From: Macrostomum hystrix
Taxonomy: Eukaryota > Animalia > Platyhelminthes
Length of the DNA stretch: 64,000 bases
Assembly (NCBI GenBank): GCA_950097015.1
Contig: CATNEN010000010.1
Coordinates: forward strand, 992,001 to 1,056,000
Direction of reading: 5' to 3'
Positions 1 through 12,071 of this stretch are shown piece by piece; within the stretch, counting starts at the first letter, position 1; each line of letters opens with the position of its first letter. The notes under the pieces are model-generated. The model saw only the letters and a list, made by a program, of their open reading frames with translations. It did no database searches and was not told where the DNA came from. Made by a program: the position numbers and the translations under genes.

Positions 1-372
1 CTCACGCTCTTCCCATCCCCCTTTTTATCCTTCCCCCACTCACGCTCTTCCCATCCCTTTTTATCCCTCCCCCACTCACGCTCTTCCCCTCCCTTTTTAT
101 CCTTTCCCCACTCACACTCTTCCCATCCCTTTTTATCCCTCCCCCATTCACGCTCTTCCCATCCCTTTTTATCCCTCCCCCACTCACGCTCTTCCCATCC
201 CTATTTATCCCTCCCCCACTCACGCTCTTCCCATCCTCTTTTATCCCTTCCCCACTCACGCTCTTCCCATTCCCTTTTTATCCCTTACCCACTCACGCTC
301 TTCCCATCCTCTGTCTCCCTCTCTCACTCACGCTATTCCCATCCTTTTTATCCCTCCCCCACTCACGCTCTT
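1..372. repeat. Minisatellite, ~36-bp unit (CCCACTCACGCTCTTCCCATCCCTTTTTATCCCTCC), truncated by window start
   Basis: Direct tandem repeats; the ORF track shows a 12-aa periodicity. Confidence 0.9.
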
Positions 373-518
373 CCCATCCCTGTCTCTCTCTAAAATACAA
401 ATATGCAAATTTAGGCGCATACCCTTGTATTTATGCTGTCAGTAGCAGTATCAGTAGAGTTCTTCGCAACAACAGTCAAATTATATTCATTTTGTACTTT
501 TAGTCAGCACTCTGCCAG

Positions 519-3500
519 ATGCGCAGCGCTTTTACAGCCATCAGCAACAGCTGCCGTCTTCAACAGCAGCAGCAGCAGCTTCTTCTGCTTCGCCGGCAGC
601 CGCCAGTAGCTGCGCGAGCCGCCCCTGTCCGCACAATGCTCATGATGGGGCCGTACGATCCGCGCACACCGGACGACCAGGAGCCCGGCGTCATTGTGCG
701 CCTGAAGCAGGAGGTGCCGGAGGAAGCCAAACAGAGCTTCAAGCAGCGCATGGCGGATTATCGGGCCAAGCACCATCCCGAGCCACCCGCCTGTGACATC
801 GGCCTGCCGCGGTCGCTTCTTACCACCAAGCAGGCACAGGAGCCGGACCAGGTCAGGCCTGCCTTGTCAGCCGATATGTATAGAAAACAGTTTTTCATTA
901 GAGTTAACTGTTTCTCGATATTACCCGCCTGGTCATTTTTGTCCGGAAAACAAAAAAAACAAAAAATGGCCTTTCATCCGGTTGAATGTCCGGTGTCGGT
1001 CCGGAATTTCATCCGGAGTAACAGTCCAGTCTGGCTTTGGTCTGACGATAACCGTAGCAAAATCCGGAAGAAAACAGTAAAACCGGATCAGTTGCCTGAC
1101 GAATGGTGCCAGAAATGTCATACTTATTCTAAGCAAGTTCCTGCAACGCATATATATAGGATATAAATATTGTACTTCATATCTGTTGTATGGAGAATAG
1201 TTGCCTCGTATTCCCAATTTTCTGGTACTTGCAGCCAATTTACAATGCATAAGAACATGGAAGATGTTCATGAGAACATCACTGTTTCGTCGTTAGCAAT
1301 GAGCAAAGTGCAAATTAGCACTCTCTGCGCACAAAATTTTTTTTCGTACCAACTGGTACGAACACTCAGGAATGAAAACGTGTTGTGTTTAAATACGATC
1401 GAAAGGTAGAGGCCTCCACATGGCCAGTGCTTTGATATTTATATTCTCCGATTGTCAAATAAGTTAGTTTAGGTACAGGGGTAGCGTGTTGTACATTATT
1501 GGTATTTTATTTCGTTATACATAAGGAGTGATGTACGTGTGCAGTGCATGAGCAATTAAGTTTGGGCGCCAGTGCACAAGGTCGGCACTACAACACGCAA
1601 AACGACTTTCCAGTCAGGGACTTCAGTGGTAATTAAGCTGCGAATAGGGTAGCAGCGCGATTTTAAAAGCCGTCAATACACATGAGCCGACAATATCACG
1701 CACAGGCACACGGGATGCGCTCCAGGTTGTCGCATAGCCGAACGGATTACCCAGAAGCCGGCGCACGTGAGCGAAGTGATAACCGCGCTCTTTTGTCATC
1801 GCACCCACTCGACAAAGCGACTCTAGCGGGTCGAAATAGTCCTCTTCTACGGGCAGTATGTTGACCGTCATCTCCACGTCCTCACCGCCGACATGATAGC
1901 AGCCATGCGTGCCAGTGCTTACTGCGCAGTCGTAGTTTGCGGATCAGGTCACACATTTATTTTTCTGGATTGGCCGAGCCTGTGCAGCTGTAGACTCCAG
2001 CCTCTTCAAGACATGTTGCTGCGGGACTCCGGCTGCAACCTGCTGCGCCCTGACTGGCCGGCTGCGTGCTGGTCTGGTAAACTGTATAAAGTCTTCGATA
2101 GTAGCCTCAGGAACTCCAGGAAGCAGAGAGACCCGCTGCAAGCTCGGTACACTACCCAGCCATTCCTGACTAGCACCAGTAAGAAATGTGCGCCAAGCTT
2201 AGCGAACAATTTCTGTTTGGGCTGTTGGGCTGCAAACCGGAGTCCAGCCTGTCAACCCATGAATTTGCTGTAGGAGGTCGCAGTCCGAGGCTTGAGCTCA
2301 ACCATCTCCAGGTGGCCACGCACAGTTGGCAGTTCGTTGCGCCTTCTTGGCAGGCATATACTGGCGAAACAATACGCGCCCTCTAAAGAGCCACAAGCTC
2401 TTCGTCTACACTGAGCTCCTTTCCAGGCATGTAAACACGCCGCCAAATTTCAGAAACGATCGTGATGAAGCGCCTCACCTTTGCGAGGGGGTCCGACGCA
2501 TCAAAGCTGTTGCCATCGTAGAAACGAAGCAAACCTGCTGATTTGTTGATACCTGTCTCTGGGCAAGCAAACGGGTTGTTGAAAGAGTGGTGTTGCATAA
2601 AACTCTTTTTTGACCAGTAGTGGGTCACCTCCGGCTTCTTGACGACTCCCATGTATAGTTACATGGCGATAAACTTTGTCATGTCGTTAGCGGTGACGTC
2701 TTTCCATGTCGGAATCGCGACGGCAAGGAATTCAGATCATCTTGCAGTTCCTGGAATTTTCGCCATGCACGCGCATTCGTCCATTCGCACAGGCTTTACA
2801 ACAACTCAGCAGTGACGAACATTCGACTAAAGGCCACTGGATCGTCGTCCGCATTGTCGGGTAGCACCAAGCTGGGGCAGGACCTGGCGTGCCCGAAAAC
2901 GCGGGATTTGGATCCGGCTTCTGGTCATGGCCTGGCTCGCAGTGAACCCACCCATCAGTTTCAGCAGCTTCTGGTAGAAGCTGCGCTTCGTCTTTAGCCA
3001 GGGGGCTGACATCAGATTCGCCCTCGTCCGAGGTCCCCCTGCGCCCGTCACCTAGAGGAGCCTGAGCGCGCTTACGTTTCATGTACCTGCGCATGTATAG
3101 GCAACGCGTAGAGACGGGTCTTCCATTTTATTTTCTTTGTTTTACTCTTAAACATGTAATTATACTCGTAGATTGATTTATACATGCGATACTAGGATGG
3201 AATACTAAAAAATTGTAAGTACCCTAGGTTTGGTACCCCAAAACTGTTGTATCTGTTCATACCCATGTCTTCATAGCCACAATTAGGAGATTGAGCCTAT
3301 ATCTAAGGGACAGAAAAACTAATGAAATACGAGAGACACGTCGAAATATAGCCTTTTAGCTATAATTATATTTTGCGGATCACCCCGGACGTCAGTTTGT
3401 GATTAAATAATTTCTGCTGTACATAATCTATTATGCACATAATATATGTTCGATCTGTTTCGAAACCATGACCATTTATTCGTTGCCATTGATAGAAGCG

Positions 3501-6500
3501 CCTTCAGGAGCTGGAGCGGCTGTCCAGAAATCAGCAGCTTCGCGTCAACCTAGAAGCCATCGAGCTAGCTTGGGAGGCTGAGGCCCGCCCGGAGCACGCC
3601 CTGGCCGCCGCTAGGCACTACGCCATCATGGAGCACCTGTTCGGCTCCGGCTGCTTCTTCCATCCAGTGGTGCCGCTGCGGGCTCTCTTCCAGGATCCGG
3701 ACTTGCCCGGCAAGGTGCGCCAGGCCGCTCTGGGAAATATTCTGAAGCCGAGACAGGTGAGACAGCTGCCCCACGCCACTATTGACTTATTGCATCTATA
3801 GATTGGCCTAGACAAAGATTCTGCTGCAGCCAGTTGATGACGTAATTTGCGCCTTAGCTAGCTCCGGCTGAGTCGGTCGTGTGAGCATCCCTGCTCCACA
3901 GGCTACAAAGCCGGAGCTGAAGGCTGCTGAGAACTCCGAAGTCTGATGGCTGCTTTACTTAATTAGACATTTACCGGCAGTTTTTGGGTTAGCCAGCAAA
4001 TGATGACGTAATTTGCGCCTTAGCCTCGCGTGACGGACGAGCGCCTAACTCGTTCATCGTAAACGTCCGCGCAGCGGCTGCTGACACTTCTTTGTCTGAC
4101 CATTGCTGACTAGAAAAGCTCTGCACATGTCTATAGTTTGGTCGGAATCGTCGCTCTTACAATAAGAAATATTTCTAGTAAAAGGGGCAGCGGGCACTGG
4201 CTCATTATTTAGCGATAGCCGACCAGCGAGGAGGCAATTCTGCCTGTTCCGCCTACCCCTGAGCACACATGCACACAATGCCCTGACTTTTTCAAGCTCC
4301 GTTTTGACTCTTGCAAGCCAGCTCATATTGTGTATGATGACGTAATTTGCGCCTTAGCCTCGCAGGACGGACGAGCGCCTAACTCGTTAATTGCAAACGT
4401 CTGCGTAGCGGCTGCTGACACTTAACCGTCTGACACTAACAGCTTTTATTACTGAAGCCGCTTTTGAGCTGTGATTAATTTTTCTTTAAATGCCGGTATT
4501 TGTGGTACTCGTACTTTTTTCAGCCATGCCTCTGAATGATGACGTAATTTGCGCCTTAGCCTCGCGTGACGGACGAGAGCCTAACTCGTTTCTCAGAATG
4601 CGTCCGCGATTGGCTTTGCTGACACTAGCGGTCTGACACTGGCTGATAGAATTAAAGTACATTTTAAACTACTGCCTTTTGGGATAACACAAAGAGCGTT
4701 TTATATATAATAGAAATAATTTATTAAACTGCCTGATTGAGTCAGATGTACAGTCGCAGCTATTGCGCGACGCATCGTACGGCTGTTCAGTCCATGGACT
4801 GGGGAGACGCCACACCCCCGCTCAATTACCCCAGCTTATGCTGATACAACCCATTCTACAAATTGAAAATAACAGCTGGGTAATCTGAAGCAATTAAATC
4901 GAATCGAACCCAAGACCTTCAAGTCGTATTTAAGAAAATCTAACCACTTGGGCTACAATCCCTCTTGTACTGGAAACTGTACTGGAGTGCTGGAATTCCA
5001 AAAAAAATTTAAATGTCTATGTGTAAATCCCATAATTCAGGCCAATGCGTGATGACGTAATTTGCGCCTTAGCCTCACAGGACGGACGAGCGCCTAACTC
5101 GTTAATTCCAAACGTCCGCGAAGCGACTGCTGACACTGTTTTGTCTGACATTGGCTACGGTTTTAATTACAACAACAATAACTACTACTACTACTCTACC
5201 ACTACTTTAAAAAACGTTCATTCTTGCCCTTAAGCAAAATACTTGAGTCATTCAGCTGTAATATGGGTACCAAATTGGCTGGGGAAGAAATAAATGTACA
5301 TCTTTCTTAAGTGGGTCACATGGATTTTCACTTCGATCTAATTTCAATTCCGAAACCCAGTGCTCAGAGGCGCCGGAGCTGCGCTGGCAGGAGCCCCAGG
5401 AACAACAACCCGACAGCAGCCAGCCGAAGTGGACGGTGCTGCTCACCTGTCCAGACGAGCACCTGCAGTCGGCAGAGCGCGAGTACGCTCACTGGTTGGT
5501 CACTGACATCCCCGGCAGCGGCCGCCTGGCCGAGGGAAGTACACACCTGCCCTACCTGCAGCCGATTCCCCCGCATGGCACCGGCCTCCACCGTTACGCC
5601 CTGATACTCTTCCTGCAGTCCGGCCCGCTAGACCTTCCGCAGCTGCAGAGCCCATCCGGACAGGTATCAACTCGACTTTTGTATCTATGCTTAATCCTTC
5701 TGCCTGCCTCACCCCTAATTCCTCCCTGCCTCATCCCTCACCCTCCACCCTCCCAGCCTCATCCTCCGCCCTCCCTTCCTCACCCTCACCCTCCACCCTC
5801 CTTGCCTCACTGTCCTTCCCTTCGCAATCCCGCAGGCAGCGGACTGTCTGTCGGATCGGGACTTCAGCACGGCCGAGTTCTACCGGCGACACGAGGAGCA
5901 GCTGACGCCCGCCGGGCTCTGCTTCTTCCAGGCCGCCTGGGACGAATCGGTGCGCAGCGTCTACCGCCACCGCCTGTCAGACGTGGGCGTGGAGCCCGCC
6001 TTCGAGTTCCGCTGGCCTGCGCCCTACCGGCCCAAGATGCAGGAGTTTGCCTTCTCAGAGCCATTCGACATGTGAGCAACTCGATTTGAGATTTCTGCAT
6101 CTTGGGTCTCTTCCACACATTCCCCACACTCACCTGATCCTCAGGGGCGTTCCCCACACTCACCTGATCCTCAGGTGCATTCCCCACACTCACCTGATCC
6201 TCAGGGGCGTTCCCCACACTCACCTGATCCTCAGGTGCATTCCCCACACTCACCTGATCCTCAGGGGCGTTCCCCACACTCACCTAATCCTCAGGTGCAT
6301 TCCCCACACTCACCTGATTCCCCACACTCCTTATCCCGAGTTGCATTCCCCACAGTCACCTAATCCTCAGGCTCAATCTCCTAATATTTGCTTCCCGCAT
6401 TCTAACCGGTCCTGCCCTCCGTTTCAGCTACCTGGACAAATACCGTGACGTGAAGGACATGGCGGAGGAGACGCTAAAGGAGAAGCTGAAGTCCGTGCAC

Positions 6501-6635
6501 CCGTTCCGCGGCCGGCTGAAGCCGGAGTCCAAGTACCCTCTGGCCGTGCCGGTGGAGGGCTACCAGCCGGCCTGGCTCAAGGAGCGGGAGAAGCAGAAGA
6601 TCCTGCGCAAGGGGCAGTGGAGCGAGCTCGACTGA
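519..6635 (+). CDS. MRPL38: Mitochondrial ribosomal protein L38 (PEBP fold), ~446 aa. Exons 519-851, 3496-3756, 5361-5663, 5836-6071, 6428-6635
   Basis: Spliced translation gives DIGLP, HYAIMEHLF, HWLVTDIPG, PYLQPIPPHGTGLHRY, TPAGLCFFQAAWD and YLDKYRD, matching mL38 motifs. All junctions are GT-AG with consistent phases. Confidence 0.9.
1510..3094 (-). pseudogene. Decayed piggyBac (PGBD4-like) transposase in MRPL38 intron 1
   Basis: Fragments WKDVTANDMTKFIAM*LYMGVVKKPEVTHYWSKK and PGKELSVDEELVAL (first catalytic Asp) plus a Cys-rich C-terminal remnant; many stops and frameshifts. TIRs and TTAA TSD not found. Confidence 0.75.
3826..3953 (+). ncRNA. SNORD16: Box C/D snoRNA, U16/SNORD16/snR87-like, copy 1
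   Basis: C box TTGATGA at 3834; guide CGTAATTTGCGC followed by D' CTTA; internal stem GCTCCGGCT/AGCCGGAGC; D box CTGA; terminal stem GCAGCCA/TGGCTGC. Confidence 0.8.
3990..4112 (+). ncRNA. SNORD16: Box C/D snoRNA, U16-like, copy 2
   Basis: ATGATGA at 4000, same guide and CTTA, C'-like CTGCTGA, D box near 4096, terminal stem TAGCCAGCAA/TTGCTGACTA. Confidence 0.8.
4187..4275 (-). mobile_element. 3' fragment of the tRNA-derived SINE family also seen at 57.9 and 63.0 kb
   Basis: Shares CAGCGAGGAGGCAATTCTGCC...CCTGAGCACAC with the two longer copies. Confidence 0.65.
4328..4440 (+). ncRNA. SNORD16: Box C/D snoRNA, U16-like, copy 3
   Basis: ATGATGA at 4334, invariant guide and CTTA, CTGA near 4430; terminal stem weak. 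Confidence 0.75.
4520..4646 (+). ncRNA. SNORD16: Box C/D snoRNA, U16-like, copy 4
   Basis: ATGATGA at 4536, invariant guide, CTGA at 4633, terminal stem TCAGCCA/TGGCTGA. Confidence 0.78.
4850..4965 (-). mobile_element. Degenerate tRNA-derived SINE head
   Basis: The minus strand has A-box-like TAGCCCAAGTGG and B-box GGTTCGATTC but no intact cloverleaf. Confidence 0.5.
5041..5156 (+). ncRNA. SNORD16: Box C/D snoRNA, U16-like, copy 5
   Basis: GTGATGA at 5049, invariant guide, CTGA at 5145, terminal stem GCCAATG/CATTGGC. Confidence 0.8.
6116..6365. repeat. 30-bp minisatellite in MRPL38 intron 4
   Basis: TTCCCCACACTCACCTGATCCTCAGG(GGCG/TGCA) tandem units. Confidence 0.9.
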
Positions 6636-7228
6636 GTTGCACTCTCGATCTACTTCTATGAGTAGTAGCAGTGAGATTTCGGCTAAATCTATTTTAGTTT
6701 GATTCATCACTCTCTCTCCGACTGCGGAATAGCATTTTTAGCTGTGCTTTTTATTTTCAAACTCGCAGTTGTTCCTCCCCTCACTACTTGCTAATCTACT
6801 GCTATTAGTAGTAATTAAAGGTAATTGCCCAAGTGAGTTCTGAGAAAGTTGCAGGGCCTAATCATTTCAGATTTTCGCTAATAAATACGTTTGTTCATTT
6901 ATGCTCATCTAATTATTATGAAAGTAATAGCTGAACTATATTTTGCACTTCTCAGCCTTGACTTTTGGCTGTTGCTTTGCGCGATCAATGCTACCTTTGT
7001 GACTTTTCATTTTGATATCTTAGGCGAATATTTGGTAAAGCATGAGATTTCGAATAGCTAGGACGAGGCCTCAGATATCTAGGTCAAGATTTGAAATGTT
7101 CTCGTAGTTTCACGCTCGGATTTATGCCAGAGTACAGTTCAGCTGTTGGAAACAGCTCCCTCGGGATTTTATTTCCCTGGTTTCAAAGCGCTGCTCCGAT
7201 TCCCGCAGCTCCACCGCCTCTAGCTCGC

Positions 7229-7999
7229 ATGGCCGACAACTGGGAGGACGAGGCTGACAGCCTGACAACCGGGGTGCCGCTGCCCGTGGCCCTGAAGACC
7301 GACCGCTGGGAGGGCGAGGATGAGGAGGACGTGCCCGACGCCTGGGACGCCGAGCCGGCCGCCCCGGCTGCCGCCGCCTCCGCGCCCGCCGCCGCCGCCG
7401 ACAAGAAGCCAGCCGCCACCACGAAGCCGAAGAAGGGCAAGAAGGCGCTGGCCGAGGCGCTGGAGAAGAAGAAGGCCGAAGCAGAGGAGCGGAAGAAGCA
7501 GCCGGCGGCCGACGCGATCTCTGACTCGGCGGGAGTGGCTCCCGGATTGTCGGCCGAGGAGCAGCGCAAAATCCAGGAGGAGTCCGACCTGCTCATTGCG
7601 AAGGACACTTTCGGGGTGAACGACACCGCGAAAGTTGCGGCCGCCGCTGGCCTCGACCCGGAGAAGTCCATCGACATGCAGCAGCCCAGCAGCAAGGAGG
7701 ACTTCGACCGGCTCAGCCGTCTGCTCAGCCAGAAGCTACGCGGCTTCGAGGCATCGCCGCACTACGCTGGCTTCATCGAGGGCGTCTACAGGGAGTGCGC
7801 GCTGGAGCTGGACCAGGAGTGCCTGCGCCGCCTCTCCACCATGTTCACCGCCCTGGCCGCCGAGAAGCAGAAGATGCAAAAAAGTGCCAAGGGCAAGCCG
7901 AAGAAGACCAAAGGCACCCTGAAGGTCGAGCGGGATCCCGCTGGCGCCATTGGCGGCGAGGACTACGATCAGTACGACGATTTCGACGATTTCATGTAA
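7229..7999 (+). CDS. EIF3J: Eukaryotic translation initiation factor 3 subunit J, intronless, 256 aa
   Basis: MADNWEDE...DRWEGEDEEDVPDAWD acidic N-terminus, QEESDLLIAKDTFG, PSSKEDF and the YDQYDDFDDFM C-terminus are typical of eIF3j. Confidence 0.92.
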   Translation: MADNWEDEADSLTTGVPLPVALKTDRWEGEDEEDVPDAWDAEPAAPAAAASAPAAAADKKPAATTKPKKGKKALAEALEKKKAEAEERKKQPAADAISDSAGVAPGLSAEEQRKIQEESDLLIAKDTFGVNDTAKVAAAAGLDPEKSIDMQQPSSKEDFDRLSRLLSQKLRGFEASPHYAGFIEGVYRECALELDQECLRRLSTMFTALAAEKQKMQKSAKGKPKKTKGTLKVERDPAGAIGGEDYDQYDDFDDFM

Positions 8000-8845
8000 C
8001 CCCGCCGCTTCCGCCCCTTCCCTGTGTGCTTGCTGTTTTTTGCGACCTGCTGTTTGTCTGGCTGTTGCTGGGGGGTATCTGTGTTGATTCCCGCCTCCGC
8101 AATATTGTTTGGCTGCAGTTGCGGCGCTGATTTCTGTTGCTTTTTACCTCTCCGATGACCAGAAGGTGTGAAAGCTGGGAATCAGCTAAACATAGGATCA
8201 GAGTGCTGGAGTCATTCGTCATTGTCCATAGAAACTGCGTGCAGCAAATGTGCTGTAGAGGGCCTATTCCTATGCTTAGTTGAATTATAATATTCACTAC
8301 TTCCATAACCCTCTGATACCCAGAGCAACCCTCTGCTTATCGTGGTTGATATATATATCTATACATACACAGCAGTCGAAAACGTCTAAACTTATTTATA
8401 TTTGCTATTTGAATGTTCGAAGAGCAGTAATTTTGAGCGGCTGTGCTCAGCCAAGCGGTCTACTGGCCGACTCGCCGCCGCACCTCTGTGACTCGATCTT
8501 GCTATTCTTTTCTGCGTGCTTGATGTATAACATTTTCGCTGTTGTGGTTATTTTTCTGTCACTGTCTTGCGGGTTCGTCTGTCTCTCATCTTACGCGCCA
8601 CGTCTGCTCCGTGTGAGTATTCTCAGCTTTGCTCTGTGTTCCCGCGTGGGTTGTTTTGCTGCAGACAAGAAAGCATTCATATAGAAACACTTGACTGTGT
8701 TCTTGCACTTCTGACTTCCGCCTTTGTCTGTTCTTTGACTGTAGAAGTGTTTGTAAGTAGATTAAGCAAAAATCAGTTCACAGCCTGTGAACAATAACAG
8801 AAGCTCCCCTGTACTCCATTAACTGTCAAACGCCTCACCTCCAAA

Positions 8846-9255
8846 TCCCTTCAGTGTGTACACGCCCCTCACCGTACTCCCTTCAGTGTACACACGTCCC
8901 TTACCGTACTCCCTTCAGTGTACACACGCCCTTACCGTACTCCCTTCAGTGTACACACGCCCTTACCGTACTCCCTTCAGTGTACACACGCCCTTACCGT
9001 ACTCCCTTCAGTGTACACACGCCCCTTACCGTACTCCCTTCAGTGTACACACGCCCCTTACCGTACTCCCTTCAGTGTACACACGCCCCTCACCGTACTC
9101 CCTTCAGTGTGCACACGCCCCTTACCGTACTCCCTTCAGTGTACGCACGCCCCTTACCGTACTCCCTTTAGTGTACACACGCCCTTACCGTACTCCCTTC
9201 AGTGTACACACGCCCTTACCGTACTCCCTTCAGTGTGCACACGCCCCTCACCGTA
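8846..9255. repeat. 31-32-bp minisatellite upstream of TIMM13
   Basis: CCCTTCAGTGTACACACGCCCTTACCGTACT tandem units. Confidence 0.9.
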
Positions 9256-9426
9256 ATCCCATCAGTTTGCTAACACCCCTCACCCACTACCTTACACACG
9301 CTTTACCGATTAGCACATGCTTGTCCCTCTACCATCTTCGGCACTTATGTGTACAGGGCAGTGAAGCGCAGTGGGCAAAAATCTCAGACTGAAGCCTACA
9401 GCCTTCCCACATTCCTTTTGCAGCCA

Positions 9427-9723
9427 ATGGACAGCCTTGGTTCCAGCGGCGGGTCAGATGCTGATAGGCGCCAGATCCTTGAACAGCTGCAACAGCAGGC
9501 GGCGCTAAACCTCATTCAGTCTCTGGTGAACACCTCCACTGAGAAGTGCTTCGAAAAGTGCGTGCCCAGCCCGGGCGGGGAGCTGGCCACATCGGAGCAG
9601 AAGTGCGTCAGCATGTGCCTGGACAGGTACGTTGAGACCTGGAACATTGTCAGCAAAGTCTACGGCAGCCGCATCGCCAGGGAGAGCGGCGGCGGTGGCG
9701 GCGGCGGCATCTCCTTTAACTGA
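9427..9723 (+). CDS. TIMM13: Mitochondrial small Tim chaperone Tim13, 98 aa
   Basis: Twin CX3C (CFEKC...CVSMC) and SEQKCVSMCLDRYVETWNIVSKVY, resembling Tim13 [24 protein letters not shown]. Confidence 0.88.
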   Translation: MDSLGSSGGSDADRRQILEQLQQQAALNLIQSLVNTSTEKCFEKCVPSPGGELATSEQKCVSMCLDRYVETWNIVSKVYGSRIARESGGGGGGGISFN

Positions 9724-10075
9724 CGCACCACCCCTCAGCCGAGAACAGTTATTTGTTCGAACTTTATGCTAGAATGGAAGGCCTGTTAGCTACTCGCAGT
9801 TAGTTACGCAAATTAGCTAAATTGATTTTTATCTATAACCATAGCTCCTTACATTTCGCATCATGATACCGCCACCGAGTGTTTAGTTCTCTGTTCTGTC
9901 TGCCAGTCGGCACTGCGCTTCTATGCGTTCGAGTGTGTACAATAATAGACTTCTGACCACCAGCCCAGTGGCAGATTGCAGCAGAATTTATATTTTTGCT
10001 TGTAACAGAAACAGCCCGGCGTTTTTGAGTTACTTATTTGTGACAAGTGACGAGATTCATAAGAATAAAAACAAC

Positions 10076-11052
10076 TGTGAAAGGGAACTGGCATTTTTGG
10101 AGTTCAATCTTGTGAAAGGGAACTGGCATTCATGGAGTTCAATCTTGTGAAAGGGAACTGGCATTCATGGAGTTCAATCTTGTGAAAGGGAACTGGTATT
10201 CTTGGAGTTCAATCTTGTGAAAGGGAACTGGCATTCATGGAGTTCAATCTTGTGAAAGGGAACTGGCATTCATGGAGTTCAATCTTGTGAAAGGGAACTG
10301 GCATTCTTGGAGTTCAATCTTGTGAAAGGGAACTGGTATTCTTGGAGTTCAATCTTGTGAAAGGGAACTGGCATTCATGGAGTTCAATCTTGTGAAAGGG
10401 AACTGGCATTCATGGAGTTCAATCTTGTGAAAGGGAACTGGCATTCTTGGAGTTCAATCTTGTGAAAGGGAACTGGTATTCTTGGAGTTCAATCTTGTGA
10501 AAGGGAACTGGCATTCTTGGAGTTCAATCTTGTGAAAGGGAACTGGCATTCATGGAGTTCAATCTTGTGAAAGGGAACTGGCATTCTTGGAGTTCAATCT
10601 TGTGAAAGGGAACTGGCATTCTTGGAGTTCAATCTTGTGAAAGGGAACTGGCATTCATGGAGTTCAATCTTGTGAAAGGGAACTGGCATTCATGGAGTTC
10701 AATCTTGTGAAAGGGAACTGGCATTCTTGGAGTTCAATCTTGTGAAAGGGAACTGGTATTCTTGGAGTTCAATCTTGTGAAAGGGAACTGGCATTCATGG
10801 AGTTCAATCTTGTGAAAGGGAACTGGCATTCTTGGAGTTCAATCTTGTGAAAGGGAACTGGCATTCTTGGAGTTCAATCTTGTGAAAGGGAACTGGTATT
10901 CTTGGAGTTCAATCTTGTGAAAGGGAACTGGCATTCTTGGAGTTCAATCTTGTGAAAGGGAACTGGCATTCTTGGAGTTCAATCTTGTGAAAGGGAACTG
11001 GCATTCTTGGAGTTCAATCTTGTGAAAGGGAACTGGTATTCTTGGAGTTCAA
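10076..11052. repeat. 35-bp minisatellite, ~28 copies
   Basis: GTGAAAGGGAACTGGCATTCTTGGAGTTCAATCTT, near-identical units. Confidence 0.95.
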
Positions 11053-12071
11053 TTCAGCACTGCGTCAAACTCATGAAGAATAAAGAGAACAAACTCATCG
11101 GTGTCAGTAGAAATATCTGCTTTACGAGAATGACCTTCCGACAAATAGCGACGTTGCTCCATTTGAGGTTGGACCTGACCGATTGGTGTGTTTATTTGTT
11201 GGAATAGATAAATAAAATCGAAGGACAATAACAGCAAATAAGCGTTCTCTTGTGCACGTACTCGGCTATACGAGTACACAGAATATACGGATTTTATCAT
11301 AATTGAATCCATTCTGATCGGCTGCCACTCTACCGTACCGCAACCAGCTTAATGATAATGAGTTAACAAAAAATAAAAAATCTAAAAATCCACACAGCTA
11401 CACAAAAGAGAGGCTTTGAGGCAAAAGTTATTAATTTTTTCGATCGAATAAAATGTGCATGCGAATTATGAATTCCACTGATAAAAGAGACAGTCGAACT
11501 AGCTCGCAATCGCGCATTTGTTCGTATTGTGTTTGTTTGTTATCGTAACACATCTGCAAGCACATTCACAGAAATGTAGCAGATGTATGAAAATAAAGTA
11601 AAAACATTTAGGATAAAGTATATTAGCTGTATAATTTGCTAAATAGAGACAGAACAAAGACTGGACGAGACGGAGATGAAAACTGCAAAAAATAGATAAA
11701 ACAAAAACTATAGGATGAGAAATGAAATTGTGTCAGAAAATCCAACAGCTTCGACTAAGCTTGCTGTCAGATGCAACTGCAATGAACACGAACAACAGAG
11801 ATTATTAAGAACATGGAATATATTCGGCTGAGTCGCAACCTTGCCTGAAATGTCTGACACAGACAGACAGTGAGTCCACACCAGTGCGCTTGCGCTGAGA
11901 ATGCTTTAGTGAAAAGGTTCAGAATGGACCTGGACTGACAAGGCGACACGCCGTGCTTAGCTCGTAGAAGAAAGGATGCAAACTCCAAAATCGGTGCATA
12001 ACAGACACACCAGCCTACTGTGAGTAGTGAGTAGTAGGCCCAGGTTGCCAGATGGCTGCCGAGAATTCAGC

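Noticed and set aside
4850-4965. tRNA gene
   Set aside because: A and B boxes are present but the acceptor and anticodon stems do not pair; treated as a SINE relic.
7091-7228. N-terminal extension of eIF3j from the TTG at 7091
   Set aside because: The family N-terminus begins at ATG 7229, and an acceptor-like AG lies just before it.
7183-7922. Antisense and off-frame ORFs over eIF3j, PAM, GPCR, GRK and KY-like exons
   Set aside because: These are shadow ORFs from GC-rich codon usage with no recognisable motifs.
10076-11052. 35-bp (and other 26-44-bp) repeat arrays as CRISPR arrays
   Set aside because: Units are head-to-tail with no unique spacers, there are no cas genes, and the context is eukaryotic and intron-rich.
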